DNA of 63,762 nt, filler included, from Octopus bimaculoides (GCF_001194135.2; 6 parts of 4 records of this genome joined end to end with filler, not necessarily neighbours in it); one strand, 5' to 3'; counted from the first letter of the whole stretch, positions 38,816 to 51,624 are shown. Notes: generated by a model not told the origin, from the letters alone. Program-made: numbers and translations.

Positions 38816-39656
38816 GAGAACGCACATAGATATTAATATATATGTATAAACACATATACATTTATATTACCTGACCCTATATATACGCCAATTCTACTTG
38901 AATCGCAGACAAACTACACACACACACACACAAACACACAAACCTCGGTACCCCCCCATGCACACACAATCGTACACTATCAAACACCATCTCTCTCTCT
39001 CTCTCTCTCTCTCACTTTGTTTCACACACACACACACACACACACACATACATGCCCACGAACACATACTCACATACACACGAACACATACTCACATATA
39101 TATACATACATAGAGACACGACTATATGCCATTAAGTTATTCCTCATTCTCTATCCTCTTGCTTCCACTAAACCAGCGAGAATGGTCCTGGTTAAATAAA
39201 CTACTTACCATTTCTCTTGGAGAAGTATTTGATGTTTAAAATTGCCGACTTAACAATCTATTGAATAGCTTTCAATATCGATCTATTGATGAGATTAATG
39301 TACTTGTCTTACTAACTGGTCACCTAAGTGTATAATTACATTTACAGCATCTCAGCCTTATCTTCTCAAATGCTGATGGAGTTTGTGCGCGCGCACTAAC
39401 ACATACGTACACAAATCCATACAGACACCCCCCCCACACACACACACACAGACATATGCAAGCACCCCAACACCACACACACAAATACACGCATATATAC
39501 ACACACAAATACACGCATATATACACACACAAATGCGTTTCAATTGTTTGGCATTCCATTACTTAAGAAATAACCAGGAATATATTGTTGGATAATTATA
39601 CACATCTGCGTATATACACACATGCACATACAGTATACATACACACACATACAACA

Positions 39657-39707
<51 letters not shown>

Positions 39708-39746
39708 GTATATGTATATATATATATTCATATATGCACACACACA

Positions 39747-39777
<31 letters not shown>

Positions 39778-40417
39778 NNNNNNNNNNNNNNNNNNNNNNN
39801 NNNNNNNNNNNNNNNNNNNNNNNNNNNNNNNNNNNNNNNNNNNNNNNNNNNNNNNNNNNNNNNNNNNNNNNNNNNNNNNNNNNNNNNNNNNNNNNNNNNN
39901 NNNNNNNNNNNNNNNNNNNNNNNNNNNNNNNNNNNNNNNNNNNNNNNNNNNNNNNNNNNNNNNNNNNNNNNNNNNNNNNNNNNNNNNNNNNNNNNNNNNN
40001 NNNNNNNNNNNNNNNNNNNNNNNNNNNNNNNNNNNNNNNNNNNNNNNNNNNNNNNNNNNNNNNNNNNNNNNNNNNNNNNNNNNNNNNNNNNNNNNNNNNN
40101 NNNNNNNNNNNNNNNNNNNNNNNNNNNNNNNNNNNNNNNNNNNNNNNNNNNNNNNNNNNNNNNNNNNNNNNNNNNNNNNNNNNNNNNNNNNNNNNNNNNN
40201 NNNNNNNNNNNNNNNNNNNNNNNNNNNNNNNNNNNNNNNNNNNNNNNNNNNNNNNNNNNNNNNNNNNNNNNNNNNNNNNNNNNNNNNNNNNNNNNNNNNN
40301 NNNNNNNNNNNNNNNNNNNNNNNNNNNNNNNNNNNNNNNNNNNNNNNNNNNNNNNNNNNNNNNNNNNNNNNNNNNNNNNNNNNNNNNNNNNNNNNNNNNN
40401 NNNNNNNNNNNNNNNNC

Positions 40418-40555
40418 TTCTTCTTCTTCTTCTTCTTCTTCTTCTTCTTCTTCTTCTTCTTCTTCTTCTTCTTCTTCTTCGTTTTCTTCTTCTTTTCCTT
40501 CCTTCCTTCTTCTTCTTCTTCTTCTTCTTCTTCTTCTCCTCCTCCTCCTCCTCCT
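40418..40555. repeat. (CTT)n/(CCT)n microsatellite
   Basis: Read directly. Confidence 0.95.
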
Positions 40556-41055
40556 TTCTTTTTCCTCTTCCTTTCTTTCTTCTATTTTTTTCCTCTTCTT
40601 TCTCCCACTTCTCCTCGCCTTCCTTCACCTTCTCTTTCTGCCCTTCTCTCCGCCTTCTATCCTCATGGTCTTTCCGTCCCCCCTCTCTCTCTCTTTCTCT
40701 CTCTCTCATTCACTCTGTCTTTTTCCTCATGTCTGTCAAACTCTGTCACATCGTCGCTCTCTTTTTTCTCCCTCGCCCTCTCCTCGTCTCTCTCCCCTCG
40801 TTCTTTTATCTAACAGATGCCAAGACACTTTGGTAGTGGCAGCGGTGTGGTGGGGGTGTTCCTTCTCTCATCTCTCCTCCCTGCTTGGTTGGGTTCTGTT
40901 CTGCCAATACACAGGAATATGGCAGTCTATGGTATTAGATGCTAGTTCCTGCTTGTGACACTTTGGAAAAACTTTTAGATAATGGCATCAAGATTCAAAG
41001 ACACAAACATGGCCGCTCCACCAAATCTACGTGATTGCGCGCACCCTTACACACA

Positions 41056-41105
<50 letters not shown>

Positions 41106-41928
41106 TAATTGCAGACACAAACGCATGCGCGAACACAAACTCACGCGCACACACAAACATGTACGCACGCACAAACACATACATACTAATACACACATAC
41201 GCACAAGAAGAAAGAAAGAAAGAAAGAAAGAAGGAAAGAAAGACAGAGAGACAGAGAGAACGAAAGAAAGGACAAAGAAAGAAAGAACAAAGAAAGAAAG
41301 GACAAAGAAAGAAAAATGGAAAGAAAGGACAAATAAATAAAGAAAGAAAAGACAAAGAAAGAAAAGACAAAGAAAGAAAGTTACGACAAATAAAGAAAGA
41401 AAGAAAGTAAGAAAGACAGACAGACTGAGAGAAAAGAAGAAGATAAGCAAACAAAACAAAGAGAAACGAACCTTTATCCTAAACTAAACTTATAAACTTA
41501 AACTTCCCCAGTAATAGCAGCTAAATTTGCCCTCAACGTGGATCCCCCTCCCCTCGACTTTTTAATTATTTACCCCCCCCACATACACATCACTTATTTC
41601 GGGGTTTTAAGATTCTTTTCAATTATTGCATTTACTCCTTTATTTTCTTGTATTCTTTTCTAGCTGTCCAACTCTATCAAAACGGTCTTCTGTCTCTCAG
41701 TCTGTCTGTCTATCTATCTATCTAGCTAGCTATCTATCTATTTGTCTGTCTATCCAGCTATCTATCTCCGTCTCTGCCCCTCCCTAAATACAGCAATATA
41801 ATTAGATATCTATCCCACTTTGTATATATCTATTCTTCAATCTATTATCCCTCTATCTCTCCATCAATCCATGTTACCTTCTGTCTTTCTGGATGTCGGT
41901 CTATCTATGCGTATATTTATCTAGATAG

Positions 41929-41965
<37 letters not shown>

Positions 41966-42803
41966 CATACATACATACATACATACATACATACATACAT
42001 ACATAGGTAGCCATATGGTTGTCTATCTAGCCATCTATCTACCTTAATGTATCTATCTGTTTATATATCTATCCATTTATCTATCTATCTATCTATATAT
42101 CAGTCTGTCTGTCTGTCTATTTACCTTTCTATCTATCTATCTATATACTTACCTATCTCTCTCACTCCCTACCTCTCTATTTATCTGTCTTTCTTTCTAT
42201 CTATCTATCCTTTACTAAATATGGCTATCAAAGAAAATTAACGACTCAATCACTATTTCAACATTTAACTACACTACTGCGTGCCGTTAATGTAATTGAC
42301 AAGATTAGCTGCTTTACGAGTACTCCATACATCATGAAAACACTGGTGGGTTACGTCTCTGCAACAACTAAGATTTTAATGATTTTTAAGTAGATGTCTT
42401 GCGAAGCCAAGTAGCCGGTATTATGCAGAAACGTTTGCGATGATTATTATAGAAGAATTTACCAAAATAGAATGGTATTAGAATCAATCAGAAGGCCTAT
42501 TTGAAAAACCATTAAGAACGCTGTTCATTATGAGAATGAAAGCAAGAATTGAGTATACGATCGAAAGATATCTAAACCATATTAAAGGGAGAAATGTTAA
42601 TAACTTCTTGTATTTTATTTATTTTCGTTGAGTATACCAGAAGAGGATTCGTAGGAATTGGCGGGGAGTAACGGCAATCTGACTCTCTGACTGTCTGCTA
42701 CTAAGTCCATTGTTAATGCCATGTGTGTAGAGTGTAGAATGGAAGAGTATTTGCAGGCAGTGCGTATGATGGGAAAGAAGAAGTGTGTGTGTGCGTGTAT
42801 ATA

Positions 42804-42856
<53 letters not shown>

Positions 42857-43475
42857 NNNNNNNNNNNNNNNNNNNNNNNNNNNNNNNNNNNNNNNNNNNN
42901 NNNNNNNNNNNNNNNNNNNNNNNNNNNNNNNNNNNNNNNNNNNNNNNNNNNNNNNNNNNNNNNNNNNNNNNNNNNNNNNNNNNNNNNNNNNNNNNNNNNN
43001 NNNNNNNNNNNNNNNNNNNNNNNNNNNNNNNNNNNNNNNNNNNNNNNNNNNNNNNNNNNNNNNNNNNNNNNNNNNNNNNNNNNNNNNNNNNNNNNNNNNN
43101 NNNNNNNNNNNNNNNNNNNNNNNNNNNNNNNNNNNNNNNNNNNNNNNNNNNNNNNNNNNNNNNNNNNNNNNNNNNNNNNNNNNNNNNNNNNNNNNNNNNN
43201 NNNNNNNNNNNNNNNNNNNNNNNNNNNNNNNNNNNNNNNNNNNNNNNNNNNNNNNNNNNNNNNNNNNNNNNNNNNNNNNNNNNNNNNNNNNNNNNNNNNN
43301 NNNNNNNNNNNNNNNNNNNNNNNNNNNNNNNNNNNNNNNNNNNNNNNNNNNNNNNNNNNNNNNNNNNNNNNNNNNNNNNNNNNNNNNNNNNNNNNNNNNN
43401 NNNNNNNNNNNNNNNNNNNNNNNNNNNNNNNNNNNNNNNNNNNNNNNNNNTCTACATACATATATATATATATTC

Positions 43476-43507
<32 letters not shown>

Positions 43508-43550
43508 GTATAAGTTTATATTTATGCATCTATTTTTATATATAAATGCG

Positions 43551-43590
<40 letters not shown>

Positions 43591-44250
43591 CATGAATATA
43601 TATGCGTGTGTATGCGTGTGAGTATATGCGTGAGTGTGTTTGTATCTTTGTGATTCTATGTGTACATATATGCAGATACAGAATGCTCTCCCTATTTATA
43701 TAATGAAGGAAAAGGGGATTAAAGAATGCAGGCGAATACTTTATAAGCACTCCGTGGACATCAAGCCCGGCTAACTAAATTGCCCAGTGAATAGCAAAGT
43801 AATCACGTTGGTTGATATAGCTTTTAGAATGATAGCAGAGAGCACAGTTTCCTCTCAGATGCATTTGAAGTCCATCAAACATAGAAAAATTAAAGATGGA
43901 TAAATTTTGCATTGCAGCACTTTGAGACGAATCTATTTGAGACTTACTTAGCTGTTAAATAATGAATAAATCTCCATCTTTTCCTTCTTTCTGTGTGTGG
44001 GGGGGGGGGAGATGTGTGTTTAATATATAGATATACAGCTGTTGCGTTTCATTCTTCGGTATCGACAGAGTAGGCTGCGAGCTAATTTATGGTTCGGTGG
44101 ATCGATTAACACTCTGCTTACAAAATTTGTTGCCCTTTTTCCTAAATTATAATTACCATTATTATTATCATTATTGTTATTATTATTGTTAATATTATTA
44201 TTATCATTATTATCATTATTATTGAAAGAAATATGTGGTGATTAGCATAC

Positions 44251-44393
44251 ATTTATTTTTAAAATGACATTAGTCAATGGTTGCATCGAAATTCTGGCAC
44301 CGTCAATGTCATGGATCCAGTAGGTCATATCGGCATTGGTATTTATCTTCATGTCAGGGACTTGTTCTATATCGTTATCTATTTGCCGAAACG
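44251..44393 (-). CDS. Candidate internal exon (143 nt) of an unidentified gene
   Basis: Acceptor ggcattctataacacag|, donor AAT|GTATGC. Only one frame is open: FRQIDNDIEQVPDMKINTNADMTYWIHDIDGARISMQPLTNVILKIN. No family recognised. Confidence 0.3.
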
Positions 44394-45570
44394 CTGTGTT
44401 ATAGAATGCCAACAGCGAACATAAACACGAGCACCACACGCACAGAAAATCACAGATATGTGTCTGCGTGTGCGCGTAAGTGTGTGTGTTCGTGTGCGTG
44501 TGTCTGTGTGTATGTGTGTGCCTGTGTATTAGTGTGTTCTCAATAAATAAACTAATAAATAATTATCGCCGATGGCAACCATGGAAATAATATTCCGATC
44601 ATCACTTGATCGATATTTATGGCTCTTTTAGGAGTTAGAATCTTTCATATAAGCACGATCTATAATCAATAACCGTAGCTATTTCTACGATGTCCCATAT
44701 TATGGAAACACGTTCGATTCCGATAGCCTTAAGTTTCCCAATGAACTGTGATAGAGACGTGGAGTATTTTCCGTACATCAGCCTGAATGATTGTGTTGGT
44801 ACTCAAACTTATTAGCGGTAATTCGTGCCAAAATATTCTCAGTACCATTTTTATGCCAAGTGATTATTTATATTTCTTTAAAGAGAGAATCGATCCTTGG
44901 TAGTAGGGAATCTGAAGAGTTTCTTCCGTCACAAAACAGATGTTTGAGAGCGTACAGTCTGGCCTATTTCTTAGGTTCAGGTGCGATAAATTGGAAGGGA
45001 AGAGGTTCTGCTCATTGAAACCCGAAAGCTTCCACGTTATTAGCGCTGAAATGTTATTCGTGTTGATGAGCAGCTATAGAAAAGGAATATGCATCAGAAT
45101 TTGCGTGATGGATTCAACAAGAATTTTTTCAACTCCGCGCTGTACAACTACATGGGAGAGAATCTTATATCCCAGGTTCTCTCTAAAGCAACAATTAATT
45201 GCTACGCAACACAGTCTTTTCTGAAGGGTTTTCCATTTAGCCCTTGGTTTTAACGGTAGCATGAATAAGAGAACATTGTTTAAATATATAAGGCAGTATG
45301 TTTTCACTTCCCGGGGTTTCACACAGCCGCACGATTTCTTAGGAAACTATAAAGATAAGACTGCTCCGTACGAAATGACGACACCACCGTGTTATTAACC
45401 GCAAGAAGACGCCTTGGGTAGTAACGTCGGGTCGTACGGGACAGCCACGTTGAAGTGGCGACAAACATCACTTTTCAGGATAATTATTAATTTTATCTCT
45501 GATAGGTGTGTCTGAGCATATATACATACATATGTAGGTATATTTGTATGTATATATATATATATATATA

Positions 45571-45732
45571 ACACCGGTAAAATTCCCACTCATTTCCTTC
45601 TTTATTTTCCTAAAACTTTCGTTGCGTCTTGCAACATTTTCAATAGTTTTGAGTCGAAAGTATTGAAAAGGTTGCAAGACGCAACGAACATTTTAGAAAA
45701 ATAAAGGAAATGAGTGGAAATTTTACCGATGT
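45571..45732. repeat. About 160-bp foldback (MITE-like) inverted repeat
   Basis: Arms 45571-45645 and 45661-45732; the inner 28 bp have one mismatch; 15-nt loop. Confidence 0.9.
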
Positions 45733-46799
45733 GTGGTATATTGTAAGGCACGAAAATAGAATGACTCTCGCCAGGCACAAAAGAATATACTTCAACACAC
45801 GAACTCACATAAAGAATCTAGCAAACCAAATGCAAAAACGAAATATATATATATAGATAGATAGATACAGATATATGCGTGTATGTTTGTATGCTCAAAC
45901 GCATACATACAAACGTACCCCACAGTCACAACCATGCCCGCGCGTGCAGTGGGCCTCCATTTTCATTTCGTATAAATTGCATTAACTACTAAAAATTCCA
46001 GGTGGCACACGGACCATACTTTAAACACTACACTCTAATATGCAAACGGTGCACCTAAATCGCATCTCTATCAATCATTTGCAGATAGATGCACGTCTAG
46101 CAAAGCAGCAGATGCAAAAAAATGACTACAAAATCTGCAACGGTATAAACTGCATTTAGTGCGGAGGAATGTATTGTCAGCTGCAATATTTGCAAGTAGT
46201 AACTGTATGCACATGATGCACTGTCATTCAGCACTCAGTGTGCAGTGTATTTATAGCACCTAGATGCATTTCTTTCTCATATCATACATCAGTATGCATG
46301 AGTATCTAGAAAGAATGCAGTTGAAAGCGCTTCTGCTTAAATTTAGCCTCTTTCTTTAGATGTAGACGTTTGTGCGTGCATATATATATATATATATATA
46401 TATANNNNNNNNNNNNNNNNNNNNNNNNNNNNNNNNNNNNNNNNNNNNTTAATTAATTAANNNNNNNNNNNNNNNNNNNNNNNNNNNNNNNNNNNNNNNN
46501 NNNNATGTGTAAATATAAGTATGAATATACATATATATATATATATATATATATGGGTATATAACAGCATTATTATGTTTATTAATATTAGGGTCAGTGA
46601 TGTGGCAGGGTCTTTTCCTCGCCGTGCGTAATGCTTAGTGGTATTTAGTCTGTCGTTAAGTTCAGAGTTCAAATTCCATCAACTTTGTCCTTTATCATTT
46701 AGGGGTCGATAAATTGAAAACAAGTGAAACGTCGATGTAAGCAACTAATCCCGTCACCACGAATTTCAGGCATTGTAACTATGGTACAAATGTTTACTA

Positions 46800-47605
46800 T
46801 TATTATTTTTATTAAGTAGTCTTATTTCTATCACCCGGTTTCAGTGTTCTACCAAGTGCAGCTCTCACTACCTTCGGCATGTGCTGTGATTTGTTGCGGT
46901 GCTCTTCTTTCCACTGTATTGACAGTGCTTTACTTACTCTGTGTGCGGTGCCCAGTAGCGCAATTTTCTTTATGTATATACATTCATAAGTCCTGGTCTT
47001 TTGATTATGTACTTGTTTGAATGTCTATTAATCATACTGAATGCACCTATTATTATAGGGATTGTTTCGGTTACATCGATTAGAAGGCCTTTTTTCTTGG
47101 TGATCTCTGACAACTATATCCAGCCTGTTTGCCTTCGTTTCTCTCTGTTCATGGCTGCTTTCTGATTTTCTCTAGACATTTTCTGGTGTGTGCCTGTAAC
47201 AGCTTTTTTTGTTGTCACTCTATAGTGTTGGCATAGCTTCCAGTGTATCTAGAGTTCAACTCCGTCATGTCTGTAAACATATTCCTTCCTTGCCCAAATT
47301 GGGCAGCCAGAGACAATAAGATTTATTGTTTCTTCCTCATCACTATATATAATGCAGTTACTTACATGATTTCATTATGTGTTTTTCGTGATTCCTTGTT
47401 AGGAGGTTTTGATCTCGTGTTGCAATTAAAATCCCTCAGTGTCTGCTGTCTATACTGAGTTGGGATTGTACTTTATCTATTTCATTTTTGTTTAGCTTAA
47501 CACAATATTTACCGCACGTACGGGCTTTTTTTTGCCATCGTTTTATCATGATACTTTGTTGATCCAGTTTTAGTTTGGATTTCAATTGTTTAACAGCATT
47601 TTTGT
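46800..47605 (-). mobile_element. R4/Dong-like non-LTR retrotransposon 3' remnant (family 2) with TAA-type tail
   Basis: Minus: KQLKSKLK...RWQKKP...EETINLIVSGCP...EYVYRHD...IHWKLCQHY...IALLGTAH (CCHC knuckle and RLE region), then 3' UTR and aataaaaataataatag. Confidence 0.8.
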
Positions 47606-47730
47606 TTCTTCTTCTTCTTCTTCTTCTTCTTCTTCTTCTTCATCATCTTCTTCTTCTTCTTCTTCTTCTTCTTCTTCTTCTTCTTCTTCTTCTTCTTCTT
47701 CTTCTTCTTCTTCTTCTTCTTCTTCTTCTT
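47606..47730. repeat. (CTT)n, i.e. (GAA)n on minus, between two R4-like elements
   Basis: Read directly. Confidence 0.95.
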
Positions 47731-49825
47731 CACAAGTTTCTCTGTCCACAGCCAGCAAACTAAGGTGACACTTGTTTACTGGTCATGCTTCAAGAACCCT
47801 GCGAAGAATTCTTACAGTTCCAAGCAATCCTTATTTTTGTAGGTGCTCTACCTTCATACCTGCACCGATCTATTTCAGCCACCTTGGTAGTCGAGTGCTG
47901 ATACTTCCAAGTGCATGAATTACTATTGTTATCACGCCTACTTGCTTCATTGACCACAAACTTCGTATTTCCTAGTTTAAATCGTCGTAGTTGTTTATAT
48001 TTTCTTCTTTCACATTGATCCTTTCGCCACCGGGGCATGCTTTGTCGATTATCATACCTGGTCTTTGTTTTTTTATTCACCAAGACAAGTCTGGTTTCCG
48101 TGTTCTGGTCAGGTAATTGTACTGGATAATTGCATCCCGCAGGATTTTGCAATTCTATTTTTGGTGACTTATTCTGCAGTATTTTAATACCACGTCATTC
48201 CTCTTTGTAGGCCGTGTCTTTCAAAGAGCTCCCAATGAATCATTCTTGTTACATTGTCATAGCGTTTTTGTATTCGCGTTGTACCAATTTCGGGGCATTC
48301 GCTAACGGTGTGGCATACCGTTTCACCCCTCTCATCACACATTTTGCATTTGTCACTATCGGTATTCCGTACTTCATATAGTTAGTCCTTAACGCTTGTT
48401 CCTGAGCTACGCATATGAGTGCTTCTATCCTTATATTCATGTCACTCCTCTTCATCCATAGCCACCGGTCCTCTGTAACTGTCTTGGCGTTCACATCTCT
48501 TGCAAATTGACCCTACATTTTCTTTTCTTTTCATGCATTTTTGATTTTTTTTTTTGTTCTTTTCTTGTTTAAATTTGTCTTTAGTTACATAATTTTCAGT
48601 GTTGATGTCGCCGGTCTTTGTGTGTTTCAGCAGTGGTTCCACAGCATTTTAATATACCAACCTAGGTTGCTTTCCTCTGCTTCGATACCGTCCAGACAAC
48701 CAATCAAACCTCTGCCACCCTTTCTTCTGGACAAGTACAGCTTATCGGTGTCACTCTTAGAGTGGGAGTTTCCGTGTACTGTCAACATTTTTCTTGTCTT
48801 AGCATCCATTTTCTTTATTTCTCCCTTTTTACCATTATATAATTTCCGCTCTATACCGATGTAATGGTATCGCCCACGTATTAACTGCTTTTATTTTATT
48901 TCGTCCAATCAATTTTGAGCGCAGCACCAACCTCACTCTTCGGAAATAATTCATCCTCAGTTGGTCTTCCCCTTGCTTTTCCGTTATCTCGTTGAACTCT
49001 TGTACACCAAGCTGTTTCTATCCTTCCGTTTCAATTTGCTTAATCAAGTCTTTATTCGGTAATTCTATTCTTGCTAGGAACTGCACCTTGCCTCCTTTTA
49101 GGTAGATTATTTCGCACTTCTTGAGGTCATATTCCATTCTGATATCAGTACTAAAACAGTAGACCGCATTCACCAAGGAACTCACTTCTGTTTCATTTTA
49201 GCCGTACTGTTTCAAATTATCAATGAAGCGGAAGTGGTTGATTTTTTGGGATTTTTCTTTTAGTTGGTAATCCAGATTCCTTTTCCTAATTACCAAGGTC
49301 AGGGGTATTCTGCAGAAAACGAAAAGCAACGGAGATAAGCTATCACTGTGGAAAATACTTCTTTAGATACCCAGGGTGTCCAAAAGTTTTCTGTAAGATG
49401 TCATTTCAGTTTTCCATCCCACCATACTTCTCTTCAAGAAACACATTACATTCCTCGCGATTCCAAACAGATCTAAGCACTTGATAATCCACGAACGTGG
49501 AATCATAAGCATTGCGATAATTAATCCAGGCCATTACTAGATTTTTTCTCCTTCGGTTACAATGTTGCATTACTATTTTGTCTATAAAGTGATCTTTGGT
49601 ACATCTGCGTCTGCTTCTACTGCATTTTTGTTCCGGCGGTAATATGTCGCTCTCATCAAGTAGTTTATACAGTCTTTCTGTAATTCCGCCTGCCAGTTTG
49701 CTTCCGCATTAATGTAAGACAGGATAATAATCTGTAATTTTCAGCAGCATTTCCGTTTGATGCACCCTTCAGGTCCAACACCGTTGTGAACCAACCCGGG
49801 ATTTCTTTTTCTCCATAGATCATTG
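47731..49825 (-). mobile_element. R4/Dong-like non-LTR retrotransposon, 5'-truncated and decayed (family 1): RT plus restriction-like endonuclease
   Basis: Minus frames: IPGWFTT, ENYR, DSLSPLLFVFC, DKLYLSRRKGGRGL, AQEQALRTNY, LLGTVRILRRVLEA* (stop 47783-47785), then a ~52-nt 3' UTR and (GAA)n. Confidence 0.88.
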
Positions 49826-49920
49826 TGTCGTTTAACAATCGCTAGTAAGCCCTGCAATTGTTGCTCAATTGTTGGCAAAGAGCTTTAAATCATCCATGTA
49901 AATGAGATGATTCATATTTT
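49826..49920 (-). mobile_element. Short RT-core fragment of a second R4-like family
   Basis: Minus: KNMNHLIYMDDLKLFA (YMDD at 49886-49900), distinct from the corresponding decayed motif in the adjacent element. Confidence 0.75.
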
Positions 49921-50574
49921 TATCAAGTATTTTATTATTATCATGTTGTCTCCACGTAAAGTCTTCTTACGCCTACAGAGTATCGCAACAGGCAAGACAG
50001 AGCAGCAAGTATCATCTTGTTATTATTATTATCATCGTCTTCATCATCATCATCATCATCATCATCAACATCATCATCCTCCTCATCATCACCACCACCA
50101 TCACCAGTTAAAATAACATATCCAGTTAAAATAAGATATAAATTGATGTGGGGTAGAATTATTTATCTTGTTCTAATTATTATTGTTCCTTATAATTTTA
50201 AACTTAGTAATTTAGTGTTTCTTTGTATTATTCTATTTATACTGTAGAATAGATATATTTCTTTAATACCTTGACCTTAATTCCCTTACCTTTATTTTTT
50301 CCAAATTCTTACCACTCCTTAGGGTATTACCCTTCCATTTCCTTTTTTTTTCTTTCTTTCCCTCATGCTTGATTTACCCCTAACCTGATGCCCACCACTA
50401 CTTAACATACCTTCCTTTATATTTGAAATTACTACTATCCCTCCAATTAGATTTCAAATTCTTGTTTGATTCACTTGTCTGTGGAACAGCAGCATAGTCG
50501 AGATGATATGTTTTCTTCTCTTACTCTTGTTTTTTGCAAACATCCTCAAAATGACTTTCTAAAATGAAATTCCA

Positions 50575-50669
50575 TTATACAGCTGAAGAGTACATTTTCA
50601 TTGTACATTCTGTGGTGTTCTCACCACATGAATAAATGGAGCTTGTACGAAACGTACGTACTGCTATAA
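50575..50669 (+). ncRNA. Type-I hammerhead ribozyme with intact catalytic core
   Basis: TTATACAG-CTGAAGA(50583-50589)-GTACA...TGTAC-GAAA(50649-50652)-CGTACG-TA^CTGCTATAA. Stem I is 3+5 bp with a 1-nt bulge, stem II is 5 bp closed by G-C, stem III is palindromic, and the cleavage triplet is GUA. Confidence 0.8.
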
Positions 50670-50721
50670 CCTATTGAATTTTTGTTGCTTAACTTCAAAT
50701 GTTTGTTGCTTAACTTCAAAT

Positions 50722-51480
50722 ATATATATATAATCATAAATATACAGGGATTAGCAGGAGTTGCTTCACCAACATACTGAAATTTAGAAAACACAGTCAA
50801 AGAACTACTGATTCCAAACTAAAAAATTTTTCTCTAACGGATGGCGATATTTATGGCACACACAGAACAAAAAAAAACAGAAGAGAAAAGCATAAACAAA
50901 CCTGCCTTTAGTTAATTGAGTACGGCGTTTCACGGTTAAGAGTATGAAGCTACTCTATCCCGATCTTCAGTCCAATATTCGAATAAATTTGAAAGTGTCT
51001 ATATAACTCATGGGAATGTTGACCGTGCGAACATCAAAACCACATCAGGAAGGCACTTACGAAATTTATCGGCTAGTGAGTTCAAACACTTCACTCCAAA
51101 GAATCTATTCCATGTGCGCCTGCATAAAAAAGTCCCGTATAAAGGGTTACAATTTAACCATCCAATTAGAGGCATCAATATAAATACAGATATAGGGCAG
51201 GGAATCGTCAATTAGTAATAAAAATTAATAATTAACAATTTTGCCAACAATATCGCCATCCGTTAGACAAAACATTTTTAGTTTGGAATCAGTAGTTTTT
51301 GACTGCTATTTCTAAATTTCAGTATGTTGGAGAAGCAACTCCTGCTAATCCCTGTATATTTATGATTATAAATGGTTTTACCGATAAAGGTTTTTTCATA
51401 CTGAACTACTTGGCAAAATTGTTAATTATTAATTCTTATTACTAATTGCCGATTCCCTGCCCTATATCTGTATTTATATA
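50722..51480. mobile_element. Penelope-like terminal-repeat region with interlocked inverted repeats
   Basis: 50722-50850 is the reverse complement of 51248-51372, and 51178-51247 of 51410-51480. A hammerhead lies on the minus strand within. PLE assignment is an inference. Confidence 0.6.
50914..50977 (-). ncRNA. Type-I hammerhead ribozyme, slightly decayed
   Basis: Minus: TATTGGA-CTGAAGA-TCGG-gat-AGAGTA-gcttca-TACTCT-taa-CCGT-GAAA-CGCCG-TA^CTCAAT. Core intact; mismatches at the first pair of stems I and II. Confidence 0.6.
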
Positions 51481-51580
51481 NNNNNNNNNNNNNNNNNNNN
51501 NNNNNNNNNNNNNNNNNNNNNNNNTTAATTAATTAANNNNNNNNNNNNNNNNNNNNNNNNNNNNNNNNNNNNNNNNNNNN

Positions 51581-51624
<44 letters not shown>

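Noticed and set aside
39209-39323. Exon-like segment with strong donor ATG|GTAAGT
   Set aside because: Stops occur in all three frames from the best acceptor; it could only be non-coding.
42620-42740. Short minus ORF MALTMDLVADSQRVRLPLLP...
   Set aside because: No convincing splice sites and no recognisable homology.
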